From positions 13,322 through 77,321 of the forward strand of contig JAYZQJ010000019.1 in the NCBI GenBank assembly GCA_036149055.1: DNA of 64,000 nucleotides, written 5' to 3'. The first letter of the stretch is position 1, and every line of letters begins with the position of its first letter. Below are positions 31,193-40,384 of this stretch, one piece after another. The position numbers were made by a program, and so were the translations under genes. The stretch comes from Myxococcota bacterium. GTDB lineage: Bacteria; Myxococcota_A; Polyangia; Polyangiales; Sandaracinaceae. The notes below the pieces were generated by a model that was given only the letters and a program-made list of their open reading frames with translations, had not been told where the DNA came from and did not search any database.

Positions 31193-33223
31193 ATGCGCGC
31201 ATCGATCGGCTGCTGGATCGGGCTCCTCGTGACCGCGTGCGCCGGAGGCCCCGCGACGACGGGGCCGGCGGCGGACGAGGAGACGACCGTCACCGAGGCG
31301 ACGCGCCCGCCGCGGACCGACAACGCGGGCGCCGAGGAGCCGTCGCGCCCCGACTCGGGGCCGATCCCCGTCTTCGCGGGCGGGGAGGAGGTCGGCCGGG
31401 TCAGCCGCGAGGACGCGCGGCGCCGCGGGCTGACGGTGATCGACCTCGGCGACGCCTGGACGCCGCGCATCCTGCGGGGCGCGCCGGAGCTCGGCAGCGA
31501 GGGGCAGCAGCCCTACGCGGCGCGCTACTCGCGGCTCGCGAACGAGCAGACCCGCCAGCAGCGCCGCGACCCGACCGAGCGACACCTGGAGCTCTTCGGC
31601 ATCTTCCCCACCGTCGACGTGGTGCGGCGGCGCCTCGCCGATCGGGAGCGACACGCCTGCCACGACGCGGTGGACGACGCGCCGATCGAGGCGCTCGAGG
31701 AGTCGCTCCGCCCCGGCGCCGACCGCGCCGAGCAGCGTCGCCGGGTGGGCGCCATCCGCTGGATCACCAGCCGCCTCGAGCGGGTGGCCCGGAGGCGCCG
31801 CCTGGACTCGATCGACGCGCTGGCCGACGACGACGAGTACGGCCGTCAGCTGCGGCGCCTCCGGCAGCTCGAGGCCACGGTGGCCGCCATCGACGCGGTG
31901 CAAGCCCACCTGCGCTGCGAGGGCACGCTGCACGCTCGGGCGCGCGACGGAGTGCTCGACGCCTGGACGGGGCGAGGTCTCCGCGCGTGGCAGAGCAAGC
32001 ACATGATCATCAGCCTCGCCTCGAGGCTCGACGACGCGACGCGGGCCACCCTGGCGATGGACAGCCGGGAGCTCGACTTCCGCTCGCTCCTCCGGGTGCT
32101 GCGCGAGCGGGTGGTCGACGCGAGCGGCGTCATCGAGGACGGCACCGCGAGCAACCAATGGGGCACCGTGCTCGGCCGGCAGCTCGAGGTGGACGAGGAG
32201 TTCCGCTGGGCCGAGCGGCTCGATCCGCTCCCGAACGGCGCCCCCGATCTCGTCTCTCGCTTCACCGACGCGGCGGCGACCGAGCTCGGCTGGACCGACC
32301 CGGCGGCGGCGCTCGCCTGGATCGAGGCGCACGCCGCCGAGCGCACCGACGAGAACCTCGTGGCGGTCCGCCTCCCGGAGCGGCCCGACTACCACGCCGA
32401 GCACATGGACCTGCGGGTCGAGATCGACCGCGGCGACGTCTGGTACACGTTCCCCTACACCGACGAAGGCCGCCCGCGCGGCTTCCCGGTGCGCAACCGC
32501 CCCACCACCACGATCTTCGCGCGCCGCCCGAACGGGCAGGAGGTCGCGCTCGTCCGGTGGAACACGACGATCGGCGGCTGGCAGCCCGAGATGAACCCCG
32601 AGGGCGGGGTCGGCATGCGCTACAAGGAGTCCGACGTCGGTGAGCGCGTGTGGCGCGACGTGATCGCGAGCCCCGCGTGGCTCCCGCCCCCGGCCACCCC
32701 GGACGACGAGCTGATGCGGCGGCGCGGCGATCGGTGGTTCGTGAACGACTCGATCACCGGCCCCGGCTACGACAGCGCCTACGGCCTGGCGATGGTCATC
32801 CACCACCAGATCCTCGGGGATGGCGAGGACGAGGACGACTGGCGGGACAACGGGATCCGGAGCCACGGCTCGGTGAGCTACCGCTCGATCCTCCGCGGCT
32901 ACAGCCACGGCTGCCACCGCCTCTTCAACCACCTCGCGGTGCGCATGACCTCGTTCCTGCTTAACCGCCGACGCCACGAGGTCCGCGGGCGCATCCCCGC
33001 CTCGCTCCGTCGCGAGCTCCACCCGGAGGGCGCCGAGGAGCCACTCACCCTCGAGATCACCAACCGCGGCTTCCTCTTCGAGCTGACCCCGCCCGTCCCG
33101 GTCGAGGTCCTCCGCGGCAACGTCCGCGGCCGCCCCACCCGCGCGCCCGCCGGCTTCTTCCCGCTCCCGGAGGAGCTGCAGGAGCAGGCGCGCGAGCAGC
33201 TCTCCGAGGACCCGAGCCCGTAG
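31193..33223 (+). CDS. L,D-transpeptidase (YkuD) family lipoprotein
   Basis: GAGGAG RBS; lipobox VTAC; SPAWLPP, GIRSHGS, SHGCHRL catalytic motif. Confidence 0.82.
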   Translation: MRASIGCWIGLLVTACAGGPATTGPAADEETTVTEATRPPRTDNAGAEEPSRPDSGPIPVFAGGEEVGRVSREDARRRGLTVIDLGDAWTPRILRGAPELGSEGQQPYAARYSRLANEQTRQQRRDPTERHLELFGIFPTVDVVRRRLADRERHACHDAVDDAPIEALEESLRPGADRAEQRRRVGAIRWITSRLERVARRRRLDSIDALADDDEYGRQLRRLRQLEATVAAIDAVQAHLRCEGTLHARARDGVLDAWTGRGLRAWQSKHMIISLASRLDDATRATLAMDSRELDFRSLLRVLRERVVDASGVIEDGTASNQWGTVLGRQLEVDEEFRWAERLDPLPNGAPDLVSRFTDAAATELGWTDPAAALAWIEAHAAERTDENLVAVRLPERPDYHAEHMDLRVEIDRGDVWYTFPYTDEGRPRGFPVRNRPTTTIFARRPNGQEVALVRWNTTIGGWQPEMNPEGGVGMRYKESDVGERVWRDVIASPAWLPPPATPDDELMRRRGDRWFVNDSITGPGYDSAYGLAMVIHHQILGDGEDEDDWRDNGIRSHGSVSYRSILRGYSHGCHRLFNHLAVRMTSFLLNRRRHEVRGRIPASLRRELHPEGAEEPLTLEITNRGFLFELTPPVPVEVLRGNVRGRPTRAPAGFFPLPEELQEQAREQLSEDPSP

Positions 33224-33226
33224 ACG

Positions 33227-34123
33227 CTACCGGTGGCGGGCGAGCTGGCGGACGAACGCGCCGGCGCTCTCGGGGCGCTCCGCCGGGACGCGGCTGAGCG
33301 CGGCGGCGAAGATCGCGTCGAGCTCGACCGGCAGGTGCGGCGCGTGACTCGAGAGCGGCGCCGGATCGTCGAGGACCTTGGCGGTCATCACGCCCATCGG
33401 GGTGTCGGCGTCGTGCGGCGGGACGCCGGCGAGCATCTCGTAGGCGACGCAGGCGAGCGCGTAGACGTCGCCGGTCGCGTCGGACATCGCGCCCTCGCAC
33501 GCCTCGGGCGGCAGGTAGTGCGGCGTGCCGAGCAGGATGCCGGCCCGGGTCAGCTTCTCGGCCGCGTCGCGCACGCTCACGACGCCGAAGTCGACGAGCT
33601 TCACCATCGCCCCGTAGCCGGTCTGGGCGAGGAAGAGGTTCGAGGGCTTCACGTCGCGGTGCACGATGCCGAGGGCGTGGAGCGCGTCGAGCGCGCTCGA
33701 GACCGGCGCGAGCCAGCGGAGGGCGCCTTCGATGTCGAAGCGCTCGCCTCGCTCGAGCGACGCCTCGAGGTCCTCGCCGCGCAGCAGCTCCATCGCGAGG
33801 AACGGCAGGCGCACGCCGCCGACGTCGGCCTCGCCGAGGTCGACGACCTCGACCACGTGCGGGTGGCGGATGGACGCGGCGACCCGCGCCTCGCGCTCGA
33901 AGCGGGCCCGGGCCGTGTGGTTCTCGGCCACGTCGCGGTGCAGGAGCTTCAGCGCCACCTCGCGACCGAGCAGCACGTGCTCCGCCTCCCAGACCTCGCC
34001 CATGCCGCCCTGCTGCAGGAAGCGCTTGAGGCGATAGCGGTCCGCGACGAGGGCCCCGGCGCCGTGCTGGGACGACGGGGAGCTCGAGAGGGGGCTGGCG
34101 AGGGTCGGGGCGGACATCGTCAT
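33227..34123 (-). CDS. Cytoplasmic Ser/Thr protein kinase (kinase domain only)
   Basis: GGMGEV, VALK, HRDVKPSN, DFG, GTPHYLPPE. Confidence 0.9.
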   Translation of the reverse strand: MTMSAPTLASPLSSSPSSQHGAGALVADRYRLKRFLQQGGMGEVWEAEHVLLGREVALKLLHRDVAENHTARARFEREARVAASIRHPHVVEVVDLGEADVGGVRLPFLAMELLRGEDLEASLERGERFDIEGALRWLAPVSSALDALHALGIVHRDVKPSNLFLAQTGYGAMVKLVDFGVVSVRDAAEKLTRAGILLGTPHYLPPEACEGAMSDATGDVYALACVAYEMLAGVPPHDADTPMGVMTAKVLDDPAPLSSHAPHLPVELDAIFAAALSRVPAERPESAGAFVRQLARHR

Positions 34124-34346
34124 CACGCGACTCAACGGCGGACCGGGTCGCGACTGGAGTCCTAGGACCGTCCACGAAGACTGCAACCATCCGTCACGAG
34201 CGGATGCTCACACCCCGGCGCCCCGACCCGTCCCATGCGGCCATGGCCGTGTCTTTCGTGCGTCGTTCGCGGTCCGGGGGAGGAGTCGGCAAGGAGGTCG
34301 TACACAACGGCCCGGGCCTGGTAGACTCCCGAACGCGGCCCCCACC

Positions 34347-35699
34347 ATGAACGCCCCCCGCGACCGAAAGCCTCCCACCCTTCAGCGACTGGTGGCGATG
34401 TTCCGCTCGGCGCTCGAGGCGCTGGGCCACTCGCCCGCCGAGCCGGAGCTCGAGGAGTGGGCGGTGCTCATCCACGCGAGCATGAGCGGCCGCGGCCGCA
34501 GCTATCACACCGTGGAGCACGTCTTCGCGGTGAGCGGCGGCACCGACCCGATCGGTGTGCTGGCGGTGCTCTTCCACGACACGGTCTACTGCGAGGTCGA
34601 CGGAGGCCTGCCCCGCGGGCTCGAGCCGCACCTCGCCGACGCCCTCGAGGTGGAGGACGGGCAGGTGGAGCTCGGCGCCTTCGACCCGAAGGAGGACCCG
34701 CTCCGGGCGCTGGTCGCGCGGCTCTTCGGCTTCACCCCCGGCCAGGGCGTCACCTTCCAGTCCGGGCTGAACGAGCTGGCGAGCGCGCTCCTGGCGGTGC
34801 GGGCGCTGCGCTCGCACCTGACGCCGTCGGAGCTGGCCCAGGTCGTCACCTGCATCGAGGCGACCATCCCCTTCCGCCCGCAGGAGGCCGAGGAGACCCT
34901 GGCCTCCCGGCTGGCCGAGGCCGACCGGGAGCACGCGCTGGGGCTCGGCGAGGCGGGCGTCGACGCGGCGGTGCGGCGGGCGGTCAACGTGGCCAACCGC
35001 GACGTGGGCAACTTCGCCTACGAGGATCCGGCCGCCTTCCTGAGCCACACCTGGGAGATCCTCCCGGAGACCAACCCGACCCTGCGCATGCCGGCCTACA
35101 CGCTCGGCGAATACCGGCAGGCGATGGCGCGCATGGAGGGCTTCTTCGGCACCCTGAACGCGGAGCGGGTCTACCGCGTGTTCCGGGGCACGCCCCCGGT
35201 GGAGGAGCTCGCGAGCCTGCTCGAGCGCTCCCGCAGGAACCTCGCGCGCGGCACCCGCTACCTGCGCGAGAAGCTGCTGAGCGCGCGGCTGCTCGAGACG
35301 TTCGCCAACCTCACCGGCGGCGACGCGCCGGTCTCGCTCTTCATGGGCGACCTGCCGCACGAGGGCGAGTCCGACAGCCTGCGCCTCGAGCACATGCTGC
35401 CCCGGCTCGACGGGCCGAACGCGAGCGACGTCGACCCCGACGTGCTCCGCCTGCTCGAAGAGGGCCGCAAGAAGGAGTCCGCCTTCGACCTGCGTCACTC
35501 CCCGCTCGCGGCCTACCTCTACGCGCGCCTCGGCGACGCGGCGAGCGACCGCGCGCTGGCCGCCGACGACGGCTGGCCGCTCCTCGAGGCCCTCCCCGCC
35601 GCGCACGTGATCGAGATCGCGAGCCTCTGCCAGCCGATCGCGGTCACCCGCGCCAGCGGCCTCGCCGCGATCGTCGCTCGCCTCCAGAGCGCCGGCTGA
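34347..35699 (+). CDS. HD-like metal-dependent phosphohydrolase-related protein
   Basis: RSYHTVEHV, VLFHDTVY, CIEATIPF, NRDVGNF. Confidence 0.6.
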   Translation: MNAPRDRKPPTLQRLVAMFRSALEALGHSPAEPELEEWAVLIHASMSGRGRSYHTVEHVFAVSGGTDPIGVLAVLFHDTVYCEVDGGLPRGLEPHLADALEVEDGQVELGAFDPKEDPLRALVARLFGFTPGQGVTFQSGLNELASALLAVRALRSHLTPSELAQVVTCIEATIPFRPQEAEETLASRLAEADREHALGLGEAGVDAAVRRAVNVANRDVGNFAYEDPAAFLSHTWEILPETNPTLRMPAYTLGEYRQAMARMEGFFGTLNAERVYRVFRGTPPVEELASLLERSRRNLARGTRYLREKLLSARLLETFANLTGGDAPVSLFMGDLPHEGESDSLRLEHMLPRLDGPNASDVDPDVLRLLEEGRKKESAFDLRHSPLAAYLYARLGDAASDRALAADDGWPLLEALPAAHVIEIASLCQPIAVTRASGLAAIVARLQSAG

Positions 35700-36056
35700 T
35701 CAGAGCAGCGCCTCGCGCCACTCGGCCTCTTTGAAGCCGACCAGCACGACGCCGTCGCCGATCGCCAGCGGCCGCTTGATGAGCTTTCCGTCGGCGGCGA
35801 GCGCGTCGATCGCCTCGCCGTCGCTCATCGACGGGAGCTTCTCCTTGAAGCCGCCCTGCCGGTAGGACTGCCCCGAGGTGTTGAAGAAGCGCTTGAGCGC
35901 GTGCCCGGAGTCCTTCCACGCCTTCTTCAGCTTGGTCTTGGCGGGGGGCTTCTCGGTGATGTCGACGGACTGGTACTCGACGCCGTTCGCGTCGAGCCAC
36001 TTCAGCGCCTTCCGGCAGGTGCTGCACTTCGGGTACTGGTACACGGTCAGGCTCAT
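35700..36056 (-). CDS. ArsC/Spx family (YffB/YusI-like) protein
   Basis: MSLTVYQYPKCSTCRKA, FFNTSGQSYR, LIKRP, VGFKE. Confidence 0.9.
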   Translation of the reverse strand: MSLTVYQYPKCSTCRKALKWLDANGVEYQSVDITEKPPAKTKLKKAWKDSGHALKRFFNTSGQSYRQGGFKEKLPSMSDGEAIDALAADGKLIKRPLAIGDGVVLVGFKEAEWREALL

Positions 36057-36095
36057 GGCGCGGACCCTAGCGCATCCGATGCTACCGTCGGGGCC
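36057..36095. promoter_or_regulatory. Putative back-to-back leaderless promoters
   Basis: TAGGGT (minus, 36064-36069) and TACCGT (plus, 36083-36088), each 7 nt before an ATG of the divergent genes. Confidence 0.55.
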
Positions 36096-36665
36096 ATGAC
36101 CGTCGCCGAGTGGCTGAAGGGTGAGGGCGCGCACCACGACCTGGTCGAGTGGGCGAGCGCCCACGGGGACGACTGGGACGCGCTCTGGCGGGCCTGCCCC
36201 CGGGGCGACTGGCTGCTCGGGATCGCGGCGCGCCGCGGCGTCGATCGGCGCGCGCTCGTCGAGGCGGCCTGCGCGTGCGCCGCGCTGGCCTTCGATCACC
36301 TGCCCGAGGCCGAGACGCGCCCGCAGGCGGCGGTCGAGGCGGCCCGCGCCTGGGTCGCCGGCGCCGACGACGAAGCCGCGCGGGCGCGGGCGAGCGCGGA
36401 CGTCGACGCCGCCATCGAGGGGGCGCCCGATCCGGCGGTCGCCGCCGCCGCCACCGCGGCCCTCGCCTGCCTCGGCGCGATCGACGATCCCTCCGAGGCC
36501 GCGACCGCCGCCGCCAGCGCGATCCACGCCGCGGCCCTCGACGCCGTCGACTGCGGCCTCGGGAGCGCGGTCCGCTACGCCCAGGCCGAGACCGCCGACC
36601 GGGTCCGCGCGGTCTTCCCCGCCCCGCCGTCCGATCAGAGCGACGCCGTTCAGAGCAACGGGTAG
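36096..36665 (+). CDS. Ala-rich hypothetical protein, Imm5-like
   Basis: ACPRGDWLL and ETRPQAAVEAARAW resemble the Imm5-like motif. Confidence 0.55.
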   Translation: MTVAEWLKGEGAHHDLVEWASAHGDDWDALWRACPRGDWLLGIAARRGVDRRALVEAACACAALAFDHLPEAETRPQAAVEAARAWVAGADDEAARARASADVDAAIEGAPDPAVAAAATAALACLGAIDDPSEAATAAASAIHAAALDAVDCGLGSAVRYAQAETADRVRAVFPAPPSDQSDAVQSNG

Positions 36666-37390
36666 GCCCCGAACAGGCAGCAGGCGCCGAAGAGGGTCAC
36701 CAGCAGGAGCGCGGGCGCGAGGGCGGCGAACGCCGCGCGTCCATCCGAGAGGCCGTGGCTGTGCTTGGCCACCATGGCGAGCTCGCCGATGAGCCACAGC
36801 TCGGTGGCGAGCACCAGGACCGTCGCGACGACCGGGTTGGCGGAGACCCGCGTGAACGCGAACACGAACGGGTAGAACACGAGCGGGGCGTGCGCGTAGG
36901 CGCAGCCCCAGACGCTGGCCGCGATCCCTCGCCCGCCGGCGAGCCGCACGGCGGCGTGGAAGGCGACCGCGCGGCCGAGGAACAGGGCCCCGTGGAAGAT
37001 CATGAGGCCCACGAAATGCAGCACCGCCAGGGGGACCGCCGCCTGCCACCTCAGGAGCGCGGGGACGGTGGCGGCCGAGCTCACCGCGGCCAGCGGCACC
37101 AGCAGCGTGACGAGGTACACCAGGGCGGCGCTCCATCGGCCCGGCGCGGCGCCGGCGAAGGTGGCGCTCGAGCGGAACAGAACGTCGGTGGTCGTTCGCC
37201 ACCATCGCTCGACTGCGCCGCCGACCGGCCGCTCCCAGGCGATCCGATCGAGACCGAGACGGGCGCGACAGGCGGCGCAGCTCTCGGCGCTCCCGCCCAT
37301 GCACTCCGGGCACACGAGATCCCCGCAGCGCGCGCAGAGGGTCTCGGCCGGCGCGTCGGGGTGCCGCCCGCACCGGGCCTGCTCGGGCAT
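36650..37390 (-). CDS. B-box-like Zn-finger plus Yip1-like membrane protein (paralogue 3)
   Basis: CGRHPDAPAETLCARCGDLVCPEC..CAAC, IAWE, several TM helices. Confidence 0.72.
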   Translation of the reverse strand: MPEQARCGRHPDAPAETLCARCGDLVCPECMGGSAESCAACRARLGLDRIAWERPVGGAVERWWRTTTDVLFRSSATFAGAAPGRWSAALVYLVTLLVPLAAVSSAATVPALLRWQAAVPLAVLHFVGLMIFHGALFLGRAVAFHAAVRLAGGRGIAASVWGCAYAHAPLVFYPFVFAFTRVSANPVVATVLVLATELWLIGELAMVAKHSHGLSDGRAAFAALAPALLLVTLFGACCLFGAYPLL

Positions 37391-37477
37391 CTCCAACGTC
37401 ACTGCGTCTCCATCAACACACGGAGACTTGCACGATGCCAGGGTGCGAGTCGAGGGTGCAAGTCGAGGCTGCCGGTC

Positions 37478-37887
37478 GAGTCGAGAGGTGGCAAACCATG
37501 GCGCGGGGGCAGTCCAAGCCCGCCTCCGCGACGACTGACCCGAGACGACTGACCCGAGACGACTGACCCGAGACGACGGACCCGAGACGACGGACCCGAG
37601 ACGACGGACCCGAGACGACTGACCCGAGACGACTGACCCGAGACGACGGCAGGCGACGAGCACAGCGAGGTCGCCGCACACGCCACCACCTGTGTTCGAT
37701 CCCGCGGCAGCGGGCGGCCAGCGAGCGCGCAGCGCGAGCGCGAGCCGCAGGGCCCCCAGCGCCCCGCGCTGGGGTCGCGGGGCCAGCGCGCGAAGCGCGC
37801 GAGGCCCCGACGGAGTCGGGAGGGGGGCCCCATTGGCGCTTTGCCCAATGGGGGGAGGGTTTGCACCAAACCCTCCAACAAGCTCAG
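37478..37887 (-). repeat. Dispersed hairpin-rich intergenic element, copy B (inverted relative to A)
   Basis: Reverse complement aligns with 30817-31127 apart from an internal tandem expansion. Confidence 0.9.
37530..37649. repeat. 14-bp tandem repeat GACGAC(T/G)GACCCGA x8 plus partial
   Basis: Units counted at 37530, 37544, 37558, 37572, 37586, 37600, 37614, 37628; variable base order T,T,T,G,G,G,T,T. Confidence 0.95.
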
Positions 37888-38420
37888 CGCTTCACGTCGT
37901 CGAGCAGCCAGGGCTCGAAGTCGGGGTCTCCCTGGCTGGCGTGGTGCAGCACCGAGATGTCGCCCGTGCCCTCGAAGACGACCGCGCGCACCTGCGAGAA
38001 GTTGTGCACGTTGGCCTCGCGCAGCTTCGCGCGGAGGTCGTCCTCGGTCACCCGCGCCTTCGCGAGGTTGGCCTTCAGGATGCGCTCGCCGTCCATCAGC
38101 AGCAGCGGCGAGTTGTCGATCGCGCGGTGGAAGCGGTCGAAGCGCCGCCGCAGAACACTGATCACCCGCTGGGCGACGAACAGCGTCGCGAGCCCGGCGA
38201 GCCCCTGCCCGAGCGAGATGCTGTCGGAGATCATCGTGCTCGCCATCAAGGTGCCGACGCCGACGGTCATCGCGAAGTCGTAGGAGCTCATCTTCGAGAA
38301 GCTCCGCAGCCCGTTGATCCGCACCGCGAGGATGACCGAGAGATAGACGACGACGCCGGTGACCGCGACCCGGATGAGGGTCCCCAGCTCCGGCAGCTCC
38401 TTGGCCCAGTCCACATCCAT
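37884..38420 (-). CDS. DUF421/YetF family membrane protein
   Basis: GLRSFSKMSSYDFAMTVGVG, P.LLM.G.....NL....VT..DL...LR, VVFEGTGDISV. Confidence 0.88.
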   Translation of the reverse strand: MDVDWAKELPELGTLIRVAVTGVVVYLSVILAVRINGLRSFSKMSSYDFAMTVGVGTLMASTMISDSISLGQGLAGLATLFVAQRVISVLRRRFDRFHRAIDNSPLLLMDGERILKANLAKARVTEDDLRAKLREANVHNFSQVRAVVFEGTGDISVLHHASQGDPDFEPWLLDDVKR

Positions 38421-38506
38421 GCCCGGCGAGGGCTGCAACGCGCGGTCCGACCGGCTCGCGCGGGCGCGCGCCTCACGCGGGCGGGGCGCCTCGCCCCGAT
38501 CGGGGC

Positions 38507-39523
38507 TCAACGACTCGCGGCGAAGTTCTGCGTCCAGAGCGGCTCGCCGCCCGCGCTGAGCGCGTGGCCCACGCCCAGGAGCCGGAAGCTCGGGTTCATG
38601 ATGTTCCGGCAGTGCCCCTCGGAGGTCATCCAGGCGTCGACCACCGCGCGCGCGGTCGGCTGGCCGCGGGCGATGTTCTCGCCGAGGAAGGTGCCGGGGA
38701 AGCCGGTGGCCGCCACCCGGTCGCCGAGGGTCCGGCCGTCGAGGCTGTCGTGGCTGAAGTAGCCCTGGTCGGCCATGTCCTTGCTGTGGAGGCGCGCCGA
38801 GAGGCGGAGGAGCACGTCCATCTCGAGCGCGGGCGCCGGGCCGAATTCTTCGCCGCCGCAGACCGCGCCCGCCGCGCGCCGCGCGTTCGTCTCCTCGAGC
38901 ACGCCCCACTCGAGCTCGGTCCACGCGGTCGGCCAGTCGTCGCCGGGATCGACGCACTCCGGGGTGAAGCAGTCGTCGTCGTCGCAGTCCACCAGCCCGT
39001 CGAGGTCGTCGTCCTCGCCGTTGCCGCAGAGCGTCTCCTGCCCCGAGATGCGCAGCGTGAAGTCGCCGACGTCGTCGACCCCGGCTCCGTCGACGACCAC
39101 CGTGATCGTCTCGCACTCGTCCAGCTCCGCGACCAGCTCGGAGTGCGAGCCCGAGGGCGCGTCGTCGTTGCACGCGAGGGCCCGCCCGCCGCAGCTCCCC
39201 TGCCGGAGGGTGAGCACCGTGTCGATCGCGCTGCCCGCGGTGCTGAAGGTGAAGCGCCCCGCCCACGGCGCGGTCCACTGGAAGCTCGCGTCCTCGATGG
39301 TCACGCCGCCGCCGACCACGCAGCGCGCGTCCCCGTACTGATCGTCGCGCCCGACGGTGCTGCCGTGGTGCACGAACGGGAAGAGCCCCCCGACGTCCTC
39401 GTCGCAGCTCGAGGGCTCGCGGGCCGGGCAGTGGGCCGCCCGATCGACCATCGGCGTGGGCGCGGGCTCTCCGCCTTCGCAGGCGGTCAGGAGGAGGAGC
39501 GAGGCGAAGATCAGGCGGCGCAC
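38507..39523 (-). CDS. CAP (SCP) domain lipoprotein
   Basis: Lipobox LTAC; TNARRA, ARLHSKDMA..YFSH, GENIA, WMTSEGHCRNIM, WTQNF; GTG 7 nt after TATGCT (alternative ATG 39535). Confidence 0.85.
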   Translation of the reverse strand: MRRLIFASLLLLTACEGGEPAPTPMVDRAAHCPAREPSSCDEDVGGLFPFVHHGSTVGRDDQYGDARCVVGGGVTIEDASFQWTAPWAGRFTFSTAGSAIDTVLTLRQGSCGGRALACNDDAPSGSHSELVAELDECETITVVVDGAGVDDVGDFTLRISGQETLCGNGEDDDLDGLVDCDDDDCFTPECVDPGDDWPTAWTELEWGVLEETNARRAAGAVCGGEEFGPAPALEMDVLLRLSARLHSKDMADQGYFSHDSLDGRTLGDRVAATGFPGTFLGENIARGQPTARAVVDAWMTSEGHCRNIMNPSFRLLGVGHALSAGGEPLWTQNFAASR

Positions 39524-39544
39524 GCGCGGAAGCATAGCGACTGC

Positions 39545-40384
39545 TCAGTCCGGCAGCAGCGCGAGCTCGAGCAGCAGCCACGAGCCGCCGAAGATGCAGC
39601 CCGCCCCGAGCACCAGCAGCGCGAGGAACGGCGCCCAGCCCGCGAAGGCGGCGCGTCCGGAGGGGAGCCGGTGGTGCACCCGGGCCGCCGCCACGAGCCC
39701 GATCGCGACGAGCGCCTCGACGCCGAGCAGCAGCAGCAGCACGAGGAGCCCCCGCACCGGAGCGGGCACGAGCTCGAGCGCGAACAGCCCCGCCGTGAGC
39801 AGGTACGCTCCGTGGGCATACCCGGCGGACCAGAGGCTCACCCGCCAGCCTCGACGAGAGCCCGAGAGCCTCGCGGCGAGGTGAAAGGCCAGCCCGCGGA
39901 GCGCCGCCCACCCGATCTGCGCGAGCGCCGCCCCCAGCAAGAGCGAGAGCCACACCACAGCGACGCCGAGCGCCACGCCGGGCCGGGGGGGCCGTACGTA
40001 GGAGCTCCAGCCGCGGTACAGCACCACCCCCAGGGGCGCGATCGCCTGCGCGACCCCCACGAGGGCCACGAAGGTCAGCGCGCGCCGCCAGTCGCCGGCC
40101 GCGGCGCCCTCGATCGTGCGGACGGGCGCGAGCACGAGGCGGCGAGCGGTGACGAGCCACCGGCGCCACCACGCACCGTCGGCGGTCTCCCAGGGCAGCG
40201 GCGCGCCGCCGCCGACCCGCTCGCGACACGCCTCGCAGAGATCGTCCCGGAGCGCCTCGTGGTCCAGGCAGCGCTCGCACACGTTGTTGCCGCAGCGCGC
40301 GCACGTCCGGATGGCGGCCGCGTCGTGGACCGCGCAGACGGCGCCCAGCGCGACCGTATCGTCGCTCCCGTGGTCCTCGCTCAC
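39545..40384 (-). CDS. B-box-like Zn-finger plus Yip1-like membrane protein (paralogue 2)
   Basis: GTG overlapping the upstream stop (GTGA); CAVHDAAAIRTCARCGNNVCERC..CEAC, LPWE, TM helices. Confidence 0.72.
   Translation of the reverse strand: MSEDHGSDDTVALGAVCAVHDAAAIRTCARCGNNVCERCLDHEALRDDLCEACRERVGGGAPLPWETADGAWWRRWLVTARRLVLAPVRTIEGAAAGDWRRALTFVALVGVAQAIAPLGVVLYRGWSSYVRPPRPGVALGVAVVWLSLLLGAALAQIGWAALRGLAFHLAARLSGSRRGWRVSLWSAGYAHGAYLLTAGLFALELVPAPVRGLLVLLLLLGVEALVAIGLVAAARVHHRLPSGRAAFAGWAPFLALLVLGAGCIFGGSWLLLELALLPD

Noticed and set aside
30681..31232. Similar short ORFs in both repeat copies (MVQTLPPLGKAPMGPP...)
   Set aside because: The similarity comes from the DNA repeat; frames diverge between copies and codon bias is lacking
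26027..33022. 2331-aa minus-strand ORF and other very long Arg/Ala/Gly-rich ORFs (e.g. 43786-47340, 47088-50639, 20278-23322)
   Set aside because: They are antisense or off-frame shadows of well-supported genes; stop codons are scarce in high-GC DNA and no motifs are present
31128..37477. Composite transposon bounded by the inverted repeat copies
   Set aside because: No transposase or target-site duplication was seen, and the cargo looks like ordinary chromosomal genes
37530..37649. Possible CRISPR array
   Set aside because: The 14-bp units are contiguous with no spacers, and no cas genes are present
36650..37681. 343-aa ORF with RLGSVVSG repeats
   Set aside because: The N-terminal part is translation of the non-coding 14-bp repeat; the real start is probably near 37390
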